Position numbers and translations under genes: made by a program. Below are positions 40,921 to 54,400 of a stretch of DNA of 64,000 nucleotides, one piece after another (positions within the stretch are counted from its first letter, which is position 1; the number at the start of each line of letters is the position of its first letter). A model generated the notes under the pieces. The model did not search any database. It saw only the letters and a program-made list of their open reading frames with translations, and was not told the DNA's origin. Source of the stretch: Vicugna vicugna (taxonomy: Eukaryota); the NCBI GenBank assembly GCA_013265495.1, contig MU058423.1, positions 3,735,061 through 3,799,060 of the forward strand. Reading direction: 5' to 3'.

Positions 40921-42666
40921 TCTGATTCCTGCATTATTTTTACAATTGCGGATGACAAGCCATGGGATGGAACACCTTTGTAGGTACAATATAAGAAGAA
41001 TGCAGATATTAGCTGTCCTTGAGGAAGTCAGATTGGCTTTAGCTCCCATCCTGAGTCCTCTGGGTAAGAGTCCAGTGCCTCCTCGAAGTCTCTGAAATCT
41101 TGGAGCTTTAAGTTCTCACAGTCATTGTGGCCCTGTGTTCAGACCCCCTGGATTCTCCTGCCTCCTTATAGCTTTTTTCCCTCAGTATCTCACACTGAGT
41201 GTGTCAATTCAGTTCCTTCCTCTTGATTCCTCCTCCCACCTCCCCCCCCCATCATTGATGGTGACTTTGTGGGAGATTTATGGGAGGGGGACTTAATGGG
41301 TGGTAACTTTTGAGAGGGTAGTGACTTTATGGGCAATGGAGGGGAGAGGCTCTTGAATCAGCATCTTTTGAAGTGAAACAGATATGACTGTCTTATGGGC
41401 TAGAAGACAAAATTTACAAATGAAATTGTACAAAAGAAATTCTGGGTGTGTGGTGGATGGGGCAGCTTCAGGCAACTAGAACACCAGGGATCTGAGCTTT
41501 TTCTCCTCTGCCATTAGTGGGGAAAACATTTGAGAAGGTACATTTGATAACTGTATTAAGTTAGGGGCAAATAATTTGAAATTTAAAGATGTCTTTCAGT
41601 CACTGTTATGCAATTTGCAGGTAAAACATTGTATTTAAAAAATTTTTAACTGCCATTAAAAAAAGTAGCAATTGCTAGGGAAGCATTTATTGTCCTTAAT
41701 TTTAAATTATATAGAATAACATATTAATTTCATCATAATGAAATTTCTTGTGTAATGAGATTTGTATCAGTTTGCTTATAATGAGATTTTTATCTTGTTT
41801 TAATTGCAGTGTCTGAGAACTTGTACTAAATTTTCCACAGTCAGGAATAAAAACCTGTCACAAGAGGACGTTTTACTTCATAAGTTGGTGTCAGTTTTAA
41901 ATTTGTTTTTTTCTTTTAGTTTTCTCTGAGTACCACACATTGCACTGTTATCTAGTTTTCAGATTCACTCTGTGAGAACAACTGAATGAGATTTTTCTTC
42001 AGAATTATCCCTATATGAAAATGTCCTTTAAAAAGGAGCAAGTATTTATTTTACCATTATTTGGAATATTGGGCTTTTGGGAATATTTCTACCCAAAATG
42101 TTCAGGAATGTTCATATCTGACCAGGTATGGAAAATAATTTGACTCTTCTTCACAAGAGCGCTTGTGAAGGCTGGTGTTGGCAGCTGTTCAGTCGTGCCC
42201 CAAATCCACATTCCACGTGTGCTTTGCTGCTCACCTTCCCTCGGCAGGAGGCTTCCGTTACAGGAATGATGTGTTCTTGGTAAATCATGATGTGCTGTTC
42301 TTGCCTGAGGCAGCCTTGTCATTTATCTCATGTGGCAACTTTGTTGTTTTGTGATCTTGTGGGGGACATTAATGACTATAGCAGCCTACTTAGGAAAAAA
42401 GTTGGATATGGTGAATGAGAAGAATGCCATATTTGGCATCTGAGCTTTTAAAAAGAAGTTCCAAATAACTTTGGCTCAGAACATGTAGGTTCTGCAGAGA
42501 TTCCTTGTAAGGAAACCTTCGTTTATCCTGTGATTTTTATTATAAAGTTGGAGGTGAGTACTCCTGGGAAAAGTGTTTTTCTAGCCATATAAAAATCAAA
42601 CTGTAAAAATAAGCAAATATTTAAAATTTAGTCCAGCAAAACACTAATGGAAAAATTATTTAACAT

Positions 42667-43008
42667 CACTCTTACATGGAATCTAAAAATTAAAAAGGCC
42701 ACTATAAACTCATCTATAAAACAGAAACAGACTCACAGGCATAGTAAACAATCTTATGGTTACTGGGGAAAGGAGGGTGGGAAGGGATAAATTTGGGAGT
42801 TTGAGATTTACAAGTGTTAGCCACTATATATAAAAATAGATTTTAAAAAGTTTCTTCTGTATAGCACAGGAAACTGTGTTCAATATCTTGTAATAATCTT
42901 AAAAAGAATATGAAAACAGATGTATGTATGTACATGCATGACTGAGACATTGTGCTGTACACCAAAAATTGACACATTGTAATTGACTGTACTTCAAGGG
43001 AAAAAAAA
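42667..43008 (+). mobile_element. L1 3' UTR fragment
   Basis: aaacagaaacagactcacag...gacacattgtaattgactgtacttcaa plus A tail; degenerate TSD aaaaattatttaacat / aaaagtaatttaaaat. Confidence 0.9.
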
Positions 43009-43400
43009 GTAATTTAAAATGTGTTAGACTCTTGCATGCAAAATAAGTTCTAAAATAAAATTACACTGCTAAAAATGAAAATGTTCAGTGACAGGATAAC
43101 CAGCAGTATGAACATCCGACTCAAGAGTATTATTTTTTTTTTAGGATGACACTTGAACTTTTAACAACTTAACCAAATTTTTTACTATAAATAAATATAA
43201 GAAAATTTTGCACTTCCTGGTTTTGTTGAACTATTATAGTTTCCTTCCAGTATCATCTGGAAGATCCTTTTTATTAGCTGTGGACTAGAGGCCAGCACTT
43301 ACTAAGCTAGTCCTAAACTCCATACAGACAGGTATGTGGGAAAGAGACAGAAAAAGCTAACGTTGAAACACTAATGCTGACACTTAAAATGGGTATGGGA

Positions 43401-43558
43401 CAAAAAGGAAATAGTGATTATGTGACATGATGGAAGTGATGGCCAACTCTGTGGTGGTGGTAATCATTGTGTAATATGTAAGTGTATCAGATTGATGCAT
43501 TATACTTGTTAAACTTACACAAAGTGTGTCAGTGGTATCCTAATAAATCTGGAAAAAT
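43401..43558 (+). mobile_element. Short L1 3' terminal fragment
   Basis: ggtggtaatcattg...taaacttacac...aataaatctggaaaaa; TSD aaaatgggtatggga (43386-43400) / aaaatggatattgga (43559-43573) at a TT/AAAA site. Confidence 0.8.
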
Positions 43559-43757
43559 AAAATGGATATTGGAATGGGGAGAAACTAGGCCAAGAAAAGA
43601 TTCTTTGTCTTCTTTAAACTGGAGCATGGACTATAAAATGAACAAGCCTGATACTTGATTTGAAGAAATTCAGGAGAAAATACTTGCTCACAAAAGAATG
43701 TCATAGGATGCCTGTAATGTTAATGACTGCATACTCAGTGCGTTTATTGCAGCTTTT

Positions 43758-43793
43758 ATATATGTGCATATATATATATACATATATATATAT
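43758..43793 (+). repeat. (TA)n microsatellite, interrupted
   Basis: Seen directly. Confidence 0.9.
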
Positions 43794-44873
43794 GTAGTAG
43801 TCTATTCCATACTGGTTTCATAGCTCACTTTTTGTCTTTTAACATGAGGTATGGAATATTTTAAATACTGCCTTAATTCAGATAGAAAGAGAAGTTGAAG
43901 AAATTAAAAGGAGAGAGGGAGAGAGAGAAGCAGAAATGTCAGAGAAAGGAAAAGTGAAGCGAATAAGTGAGGATGCTTGCATTTCTACAGCTCCCGAAAG
44001 TCACATGCTAATCCTTGGACTCTGACCTCCCTGGGAGAAGGAGCTTGTCTGTCTTCTCGTCCCTCTTTGGCATCTATCCTTGAGTCAGCCTTGTAATCTT
44101 TGGCATCAGCCTGTCCTTAATAGTGTCTAGACTTAATGGGCACTCAGTCAGTGCTTAATGAATGAAATGAATGAACAAACTTAGATTTCTCTTATGAGAT
44201 TGAATTATCATTATGAATGAATGAACTTAGATTATCTCACCTAATACAACACGATCTGTAAGGAAATATGATTATCCCCATTTTATAAATGAAGAAACCA
44301 AGATTCACGTGGGTTGAGTGATTGCCTAATATTGACAATTCCACTAACAATATATTCCATGATGCCATATTAATCATATAAAATAAGGAATGTATTTTAT
44401 TTCATTGGAAGATCACTTTATTATAAAAAGCAATAAGCAATATTTAGAAATACTTACTGCTTACTAAAATTAGGCTTGACATGCATAGTTTCACTAAGCT
44501 AAGTACTGTCCTATGAGGAAGACAAAATTTATCTACATTTGAGAGTTTAGAGCTTAGAGAAGTCAAGAAAGTTCCTGAGTTCACCTGGCCAGTGGGCAGG
44601 TCATGTGAGTTCAGGCCTTTCTGACCCCTGAACCCATTCTTAGTCACTTCACTAAGATGACTTCCTTACAACCACACATGAGCGTGATCTGATTTGATGT
44701 TGTGAAGGATGAGGGACCTTGTAGGAAGAGGAAGGAGAATGAATATGTAACTTATTATATAAACAAGAACTTTTTTTAAGTGACAGGGACACTATCATTG
44801 CAGCAGGACAATAGGACTTAAAGATCATCTGTGGTAAATTAGGACAGTGGTCTTCCTATGGAAATGCTATTCT

Positions 44874-47195
44874 TTTTTTTTTTTTTAACATTTTTTATTG
44901 AGTTACAATCATTTTACAATGTTGCGTCAAATTCCAGTGCAGTTTTTCATGTATTTATTCATTGTCACATTTTTTTCTCTGTGAGCTACTATAAGATTTT
45001 GTATATATTTCTCTGTGCTGTACAGTATAATCTTGTTTATCTGTTCTACATTTTGAAACCCCAGTCTGTCCCTTCCCACTCCCTGCCCCCTTGGCAACCA
45101 CAAGTTTGTATTCTTTGTCTATGAGTCTGTTTCTGTTTTGTATTTATGTTTTGTTTTGTTTTTATTTTTTTGTAGATTCTGCATATGAGTGATCTCATAT
45201 GGTATTTTTCTTTCTCTTTCTGACTTACTTCACTTAGAATGACATTCTCCAGGAACATTCATTTTGCTGCAAATGGCATTATGTTGTCGGTTTTTATGGC
45301 TGAATAGTATTCCATTGTATAAATATACCACCTCTTCTTTCTCCAGTGATCTGTTGATGGATATTTAGGCTGTTTCCATGCCTTGGCTATTGTAAATAGT
45401 GCTGCTATGAACATTGGGGTGCAGGTGTCATTTTGAAGTAGGGTTCCTTCTGGATATATGCCCAGGAGCGGGATTCCTGGGTCATATGATAAGTCTATTC
45501 CCAGTCTTTTGAGGAATCTCCATACTGTTTTCCACAGTGGCTGCACCAAACTGCATTCCCACCAGCAGTGTAGGAGGGTTCCCTTTTCTCCACAGCCTCT
45601 CCAGCATTTGTCATTTGTGGATTTTTGAATGATGGCCATTCTGACTGGTGTGAGGTGATACCTCATCGAAGTTTTGATTTGCATTTCTCTGATGATTAGT
45701 GATCTTGAACATTTTTTCATGTGCCTATTGATCATTTGTATTTCTTCCTTAAAAGGCTTGTTCAGACCTTTTGCCCATTTTTGGATTGGGTTGTTTGGTT
45801 GTTTCTTATTAAGTCAGATGAGCTGCTTATATATCCTGGAGATCAAGCCTTTGTCAGTTTCATTTGCAAAAATTTTCTCCCATTCCGTAGGTTGTCTTTT
45901 TGTTTTACTTATGGTTTCCTTCGCTGTGCAGAAGCTTGTAAGTTTCATTAGGTCCCATTTGTTTATTCTTGCTTTTATTTCTATTGCTTGCGTAGACTGC
46001 TCCAGGAGAACATTTTTGAGATGTAAGTGAGATAATGTTTTGCCTATATTTTCTTCTAGGAGGCTTATTGTATCTTGCCTTATGTTTTAAGTTTTTGATC
46101 CATTTTGAGTTAATTTTTGTGTATGGTGTAAAGGAGTGTTCTAGCTTCACTGATTTACATGTCACATTATCATCTCAATAGATGCAGAAAAAGCATTTAA
46201 TAAAATTCAACACCCGTTTATGATAAAAACTCTCACCGAAGTGGGTATAGAGGGAACATATCTCAACATAATAAAGCTGTATATGACAAACCTACAGCCA
46301 GCATAGTACTCAATGGTAAAAAAAACTCAAAAGCTTCCCACTAAAATCTGGGACAAGACAAGGCTGCCCACTATCACCACGCCTATTCAACATAGTCTTG
46401 GAAGTCCTAGCCACAGCAGTCAGGCAAGAGAGAAATAAAAGGGGTCCAAATTGGAAAAGAAGAGGTTAAAGTGTCACTATATGCCTATGACATGTTACTA
46501 TATATGGAAAATCCTAAAAGGTCCACACAAAAACTGCTAGAGCTGATCGAAGAATTCAGCAAGGTAGCAGGTTACAAGATTAACGTTCAAAAATCAGTTG
46601 CACTTCTTTACACTACCGATGAATCAACAGAAAAAGAGAGTAAAGAAACAATCCCCTTTAAAATATCACCCAAAGTAATAAAATACCTAGGAATAAATGT
46701 AACCAAGGAGGTGAAAGAATTATACACAGAAAACTATAAACCATTGATGAAGGAAATTAAAGAAGACTTTTAAAAAATGTAAAGATATCCCATGCTCCTG
46801 GATTGGAAGAATCAATATTGTTAAAATGGTCACACTGTTCAAGGCAATCTACAGATTTAATGCAATCCCCATTAAATTACCCAGGACATATTTCACAGAA
46901 CTAGAACAAATCATAATAAAATTTATATGGAACCATCAAAGACCTAGAATTGCCAAAGCATTACTGAAGAGAAAGAAAGAGGCTGGAGGAATAACCCTCC
47001 CAGACTTCAGACAATACTAAAGAGCTACAGTAATCAAGACAGAATGATATTGGTACAAAAACAGACATACAGACCAATGGAACAAAATAGAGAGCAATAA
47101 ACCCACAAACTTTGGGTCAACTCATCTTCGACAAAGGAGGCAAGAATATACAATGGAATAAAGACAGTCTCTTCAGCAAATGGTGTTGGGAAAAC
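44874..47195 (-). mobile_element. Young L1 with 5' inversion: 44874-46162 antisense 3' part, 46163-47195 sense ORF2 part
   Basis: Minus-strand ORF2p C-terminal ORFs (45259..45735, 45905..46165) abut plus-strand RT ORFs (46471..46773, 46826..47020). TSD tggaaatgctattct (44859-44873) / tggaaatgccattct (47196-47210). Confidence 0.95.
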
Positions 47196-48287
47196 TGGAA
47201 ATGCCATTCTAAGCAGAGGGAACTACATTTGCAAGTGACTGTTCAAAAATCACGTAACACAGCATTTCGGTTGGTGTTAGATAAAAACAAAATTAAACAA
47301 ACCCATTCCACAACTGCCTTGTAGGGTTAAGGTAGCAATAGGCAGCTACTGCTGCTGTGAAAACAACCTGCAAACATCTGCTAAGGGGGAAGGCAGTTCT
47401 AGAATGATCTGGTACAGTCTGTTTATGTTGTATGATCTGAAAGCATTTTCAATTTTTGGGTGGGATGAAGGCTAAGTTGGCTGTAGATTTGAGACCACAG
47501 ACGTTAAGATACTATTAGAGTTGGTGATGAAGTAGGCTAAAACATTTGATTCATTGTAATTAAGTTCACTGGGAGATTTGACTCAAAAAAAGGAAGACTG
47601 AAGGTATCTGGCTGTGAAAATTAACAACTCGGGTTAAAATATCCGTTTATTATTTTATTTTTAGATTTTTCTGTTGCCACTGGGAATAAAACACTGTTAA
47701 TTTGATACTGAGCCCAAGATAGGTGTGGTGATAACATGGTGAGAGGTATTGGTGAGTGTTTGAGTAACAGGTTTTCTAAACGGAGTACAAATCTCCTGGA
47801 TTTAGAGATGGCTGAGTTTACTGGAAGGAAAAGAAAAACATGGGAAAAAGGAAAGACCAAGGAGCTTTTTCTCTCCTTAATTAGGACATATTTCTACTTA
47901 GTTAAGTATTCTACTTGGTTCATATTTCCAGAAGGAAATATTGTATAGAAGTAGTGGTATTTACTGAAAAAAAATCATGTGTGTGCATGTGTGTGTATAA
48001 ACATACAGATAACATATATAGGTCAGATAAAAATCTGACCTGTAATTCAGTTCTTGGTAATATAATGATTTTAGCCAGATTCCACCTACCTTGTTTAACT
48101 TAGAAAAAACTACAACTTTAATAAAATAAATTGTAAAACAGTGGGCAGCACTAACACCTGGGGCATAAGTTATGAAGAAATCTCTGTCAGATAACAAAAT
48201 CGAAAATGGTAAGTACAATTTACATGAAATTTGGGGATGATGCTAAGTTGGGAGGGGTGTGTGAGTGCAGATAGAATAACAAATAGA

Positions 48288-48475
48288 GGGGAGACGGTAT
48301 AGCTCAGTGGTAGAGCACATGCTTAGCACGCAGGAGGTCCAGGGTTCAATTCCCAGTACCTCCGTCAAAAAAAAAAAAAGCCATTTAAAATAAATAAATA
48401 AATAAACCTAATTACCACCCCCCCCCAAAAAAAAACTAAACAAAAAAGAAGTTCTAAATAAACAAAAATTTTTTT
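48288..48475 (+). mobile_element. tRNA-Ala-derived SINE (vic-1-like) with long composite A-rich tail
   Basis: A box TAGCTCAGTGG (48300-48310) and B box GGTTCAATTCC (48343-48353), then poly(A), (TAAA)n, a C run and a second A-rich tract. Confidence 0.92.
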
Positions 48476-49589
48476 AAAATTAGAGAGGTTAGAAATGTGG
48501 TTGGAAAATCAAATGTAATTCAGCACAAAAAACCCAGCGATCTATATGAGAATAATTTTGTTCCAGAGTTACTCAGTCGTTCAGATTTGTTCAAAGCCGT
48601 TCAGCGTGCAGAAGCAGCCTACTGAAAGGCATGAGGGAAAAGGAAAGCGACGTTGTCCTTTGGAGTGAGGGAAGGAAGAAGGGGAGGTAGGTTGCTTTGT
48701 CTCGAGCTAAATATTCTGCTGATCTAAATGGCAATGTAAACATTTTGGGGGTTAATTTTAGAGAAAAGTTTTTTTTCTCTAAAATGCCTCTCTTCTGAAG
48801 TTGAAATTACTTGCGGAAATTTGTCACACTTCATTTTTAGTTGCACTGCAGATGACTTCTTTCAACAAAGATGGTATCACAGTATGTGGTTAATAACAGT
48901 GTTTTCTGTATTACTTTGTTATGCCAGTGGGTATGATGATGTTGCTAAGATTATAAAGCAGCATTAGTCATTTCATTTTATGTACAGGAATTAACACAAT
49001 ATTCTTAAGTATGCTCCTAAGGATAGTTTACAAAAAAAAAGAAAAAAAAGACTCCAAAAATTTTGAGATGAACAGACTGGCTAGAGGTTAATCTGGTATT
49101 TTATAAAATTAGTAATTGTTTCAAATTTAACAATGTGGCTTTCCCACTTCATTGTAACACAAAGAAATGACAAAGCAGAAAATGAACTGAAAAAAATAAA
49201 GATGTGCCAGAAAAATTAGAATGTATATCATTCTGGTAAGGAGGTCAAACAAAGCAAGGGTCCCACGACATCAGAGAGACCCATGTGTCTGAGCCATGGA
49301 TGGCTTGCGGTGTATGTCTGGGTATCTGGTGTCCCTGGCTTTATGTCAACAGCAACTGAGGGTTTTGAACTGAAAACTAAGACATGAGGCTGGCAAAATA
49401 ATTAAAAAAATTTTCTGTGTGAAAGGCAATGTGGGAGTTGTAGTTTGGATGTGCAAATATTGTGGAGATACAAGAACAAAATGTTAGCATTTGGGTTTCC
49501 TCAAACTAAATTTATTTATGATGTACTTGATATTGCTATTTTTAACAACATTCACTTGGTAGGTTATTATAACCAAAAAAAAAAAAGTA

Positions 49590-49844
49590 CTGTTGGCCCT
49601 TGAACAATCTGTGGGTTAGGGGCACTGACCCGCCCTGAGGTCAGAAATCCACGTGTAACTTCTAGTCGTCCCTCCTTATCTGCGGGTTCCTCCATCTGGG
49701 AGTTTCTTCTGTATCTGAGGTTCTTCCACATCCCCAGATTCAGCCAGCCATGGATGGTGTAGTACTGTTGTGTTTACTGTTGAAAAAAATCCCTGTATAC
49801 GTGGACCTGCGGGGCTCAAACCCATGTTGTTTAATGGTCAACTG
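49590..49844 (-). mobile_element. Tigger2-derived MITE
   Basis: TA duplicated on both sides (49588-89, 49845-46); TIRs ctgttggcccttgaacaa / ttgtttaatggtcaactg; reverse orientation to the copy at 34359. Confidence 0.88.
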
Positions 49845-51363
49845 TACTCAGTTCAGCCCATGATCGAGGTGATTCAGTTAAAAACCAGCTTCCCCGAGCT
49901 TTCCTGAAACATTCTGCCCGGTGACCGCTGCCGTCATCACGATGGCTGCCCACTGGTGGGGCTTGTGCAACTTCCAGAGTGCGGGGCAGGGCCCCGGGCT
50001 CTGCTCTGACGCTGCCCGAACTCTGAATCCACCCAGGGCCTTGCCTTGCAGGCAGAACTCCAAGGAGAGTTGTCTTTGACTCATGAAAAAGCACTAACAA
50101 ATATGCCGTCTGTTTCTAGTTTAAACTTAATAGCTTGTGTTTAAGGAAGGCAAACTGTACTTATTTTCTTGCTTTTGAATAGAAAAACATAGAGTTGGTA
50201 GAACATTTGTTAATGTAGTACTTTCAGGTGTGTTTTTGTTGTATTTTTTAAAAAAAATCTTCATTTAAAAAATTTTCCCCAAGTACAGGTTTGTTTGTTT
50301 AATTTAGTTTATACTGGATACTGGTGCAGTGCAGTGGCAAATACAAAAGTGTGGTCTCTGGGTTGTGTGTTAGGGACAGTGAACTGTGGGGAACAGTGTG
50401 ACAGAGCTCCCAGCACAGGCAGAATTGAAGGAAGAAAGTAAAAGTCTATAGAAACCTAGATGAATATGATTTGTGGGAAGACAAAAGCCTTTTTGGAAAC
50501 CAGCCACTGTACAGAACCCGTCTTAGCTCAGCCATCCTCTTAGATTTCTTAAAACTTCTGGGGCAAAGGAGAAGGAGGAAAGGCTGACATTTTAAGTGGC
50601 TGTAATATTTTCCTGCGGGATGATGTCCTCCTGGGCTTTCCTTAGGGCACATAGAGGTGCCTGTGGGCAGGTGCCAACCCTGCCGTGGAGCCTCCCGACT
50701 CCGGCACCCCAGGGAGGCCCCACAGCGCGGCGGGGAAGAGTGCCGGTGGGGAGTGGCTCTGGTTCTACTTGTGAGCTACAGGACCTGGCTGCACGGATGT
50801 GCTTAGGGCCACGCCTGGGACATCCCCTTTCACGCTCATTGCTGTTGGCAGGGTCCTACGCATTATTATGAGGCATTGCCTCTTCCTTTTGGAGAAATGA
50901 GTTCCCAGTTCCTGTTGAGATCTGGTCCCCGCGACTCTTCCAGCCTCATTCTCTGGTGCTCTCCTGCCTGCACTACCCGTGGGGGCCATGTGAGTGTCTG
51001 CATTTCCTCCGAAAGGCCAGCCTTTGCTTCTCACCGAACCATTTCTCACGACATTTTGTTCATCCTCGGACACTCAGTTCAGCCACTTCCTTGGAGGAAT
51101 GAGTCTCCACCTGCCCTCGTGGGAGACAGGATGCCAAAGCTGTCAGAGGCATGGTCTTTGAAGCCAGCAACCTGGCTATGAAACTTGCTTTCCCACTTAC
51201 TGACCAGGTGACTTAGGGCCAATTATTTGACTCTCTGTGCCTCCTCTGTAAGTGGTAATTATAATAGTCCCCACCCCATGGAGTGGAAGGTAGTCACTGA
51301 GGAGAGACTCAGGCATACCCACCCCTCCACCCTCCACTTTTTTTTTTTTGAGTTAGATATGCA

Positions 51364-51475
51364 TTTTCTTTTCTTTTCTTATTTTTATGTTTCCCTTAAT
51401 GGAGGCACTGGGGATTGAGCCCAGGACCTTGTGCACACCAAGCATGTGCTCTACCACCAGGCTGGATACCCCTAG
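51364..51475 (-). mobile_element. tRNA-Ala-derived SINE (vic-1-like), more diverged
   Basis: atggaggcactggggattgagcccaggaccttgtgcacaccaagcatgtgctctaccacc preceded by a T-rich tail. Confidence 0.88.
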
Positions 51476-54400
51476 CCCCCGCCCCTCCATACTTTGCTTT
51501 CCTTTGGTACCTCCTGCTACGCAGTCCTGCTCTGGCCACGCCATGGAGCGAGGTGCACGGGGTGGCGCACAGGCAGCAGTGGGCCAGGTGGCAGCGGTGG
51601 AGAGGTGGGGGTCGTGCTTCAGTGAAGTGGGAGTTCTGCGGCCGCCTCCTCCCCAGGCTGCTGCCTGCTCGGAGGGACGTGGGTCCCTCGCAGTCAGACC
51701 CCGCCGTCTCCATTTGCATTCTGCTCTTTTCCTTTGAGATCAGACTCAGACACACTAAACCTTGTTCCCATTCTGTGGATTAATGGCTTTCTAAGGTACA
51801 TCTCTAAAAGCAACAGAAATTTGTGTCACCACAAGGTTGCCCCTCATATTGAACATTGTAATGAGGAACCACCACAGCTGCCCTCCTTCTGGGGTAACCC
51901 AGTCATGGTGGCTCTCACTCCCTGCTTCCCAGGAGTGGCTTTCTGGGCCGGTGTGTTGTTCTGAGATCCTCTGCCTAGGAAGGGAAGTCCATCTCTCACC
52001 TTGAGGTGGGCGTGTGAGATTCTGATTTTCACCCCCATGTTTGCATCAGCAGCCGATGCCACCACCCCCACTGCCACTCCCACGGCTTCCACTCTCCTTT
52101 CATCATTGCTGTCGCTGCCACTATTGCCCTTACTGCTCCCACCAGTATCGAGATCCTGACTTTCAGCTCCTGCGTTCTGCTGTCCCTTAATGGCCTACGT
52201 AGAAAGAAATGCCTGTTTTTCTGTTACTTACAGTAGGGAACCTTGCAAGCCAGGCTTCTCTGGGATGTAGACTGGGCCATTGTTAGTGTGTTTCAGGCTA
52301 GCTGTGTTCCAAACACCAAGATGGTTGAGTGTTGCTTTTTCTCATTAAAGGTGGTAGCATGTGTTGCTTTCATTAGCAGGTTAATGAACGTAGGAAAATA
52401 GATGTCTCAGGCTCATTTTGACATCTGCACTTCCGAAGCATTCAGCTTTTTAGTGCAAAGACTAGAAACGCATAAGGAGGATTAAAGATGCTATTGGTTA
52501 ACCTTTTCTGAGTCCAGGGGCTAATGCTGGGGTTGACAGAAAGCCTTTGAAACTGAGGGTCTAAATTCCTGCCAAGGGAGAGGCGTATGGTGCTCCTTGT
52601 GAGGACGAGAGCTTTTGAGAGCAGCAGAGTGTGTGTGTGCGTGTGTGTGTGATGGTGACAGCTGGCCAGGGACCCTGAACATCAGTTAGCAGAATATACA
52701 CCAGAGGCTGGCAACACAGATGCTGCTTATGAACCTAACTGCTTAATAATTTAAAGTTCTTATTTTATTTATAATTATTAGCATAACTAACTACTAAGAA
52801 GGTTTTTGAGGTAATTTGATAACAAAGATACACTGATGTACTAACATGTAAGTAAGAGTATACAATGGCAATTTAATGTAAAATTTCAGTATGAGCTCGC
52901 TGGCTACAAAGGAGTATTATTTATTTTTTTATACAGATACACTGCATCATCATTCATCCATCAATTTATTAAAAAATGTGTCCATTATCAAAGCTGTGGG
53001 GATGCATAGATGAAATACAGGCAGTCTCGACTCTCAAAAATGTTTATTTCATGTAGCAGTAGTTGGGCAAACAGATGTAGTCAAGATAGTTTTATCATAG
53101 GTGTGAGCCACATACTCTGGAGTAAGTTGTGTGGGTTTTTACAACGTAGACCTACACTTGTAAGCTTAGTTATTTCAGTATATACACAAAATCCATAAAA
53201 GCACTTTATCATTGGAGAAAATGAAAAAAACTAATTTTAAATGTTATTAAATTATTATATTTTTGATTAAGTAATTAATTTTTTATCATCTAAAAATGAG
53301 TTGCAGCCTGGACAGAAATCAGAATGGAATTATTGGCTTTTAGTTACTCAGAATAGGGGAGTTTTAGTGTAGTGATTTGGGCACAGAATTGGAGCTAAAA
53401 AACAGCCTTTATGCATTTCTGGCCTTATTCCCTCAGTGTCCTTTAGAGTCTTCATTTATTTATAATAATAGGACCAAGAGGAAAAGCGAAGATATTGTGC
53501 AGTCCTGAATTGATGCTGAGTGTAACATAATTATTTTATAATTATTCAGAAGGCATCTGTAGATATGATTTCTTCATAGAACAGTGGTGCTCTGCTGGGA
53601 CCCAGTGACTTACAAGGGAAAGGGACAAATGAGATCCCCACCTTGTACAAATAAAAATTATCCATCTTTTCTTTAAAAAAATTTTTGTCCCAAAAGATGT
53701 AAGATTTAGCTGACCTAATTTTAAAAGTCAGATGAAGAGGGGAGGGGGGCAAGATATGGTGAAAGAGACAGAAATAGAAAACCCCAGGAAGGGAGAAACT
53801 TGATTTACTAATTTTTCCCTTCCGTGCCTTCCTGCCTGCTAGTTCCACGGAGGACGACTGCCCTTTGGAGAGGGCTGGGGAGGAGTCTGAATGGCAGGGT
53901 ACTCCGGAGACTTCATGAAGTCTAGGCTGAGGCTCAGCTGAGAAGGAAAGCTCTTCTTACACCTTAATATTTGTAGGTGGGCTTCGTCGAGTGGTCTCTG
54001 CTGTGCTTTTCAGCAATCGTCAATCAGCCTGTTAATGGTCACTCATAATTTGAATGATGCCAAACTCTCAAATTCAGAGTCTTTCCTTCAAATGGGATAA
54101 TGAGTGTCCCACCCAGAAGTGGGACCCCTGAAGACTTCCTTCTTTATCTAACAGCCTAGCTGTTGGCAGTCCTTGTGAAGAAAGATTGCAGTAAGTCAGC
54201 CAGCCTCTGTGGCTGTGAAGCTGGATTAGAAATCGTTGACCTTGCCACAAGATACCGTTTCTCAGTTGGGATTGAAATAGCTCATTTCACAATGAGCTGT
54301 GGAGGTTTTTCCTGTTACGTAGCCTTGGTTAACGCGAGTCCATTATTGCTAACGGTTTTAGAGAAGTATGTTTATTCTTTCAAATAAGAAAAGGGAAGCG

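Noticed and set aside
45259..47324. RT/ORF2-like ORFs as a functional reverse transcriptase system
   Set aside because: Fragments of a truncated, inverted L1 with stops and frameshifts; no promoter, ORF1 or endonuclease domain.
48288..48365. tRNA-Ala gene
   Set aside because: Acceptor stem is imperfect, it is followed by a poly(A) tail, and diverged copies occur elsewhere in the window: a SINE.
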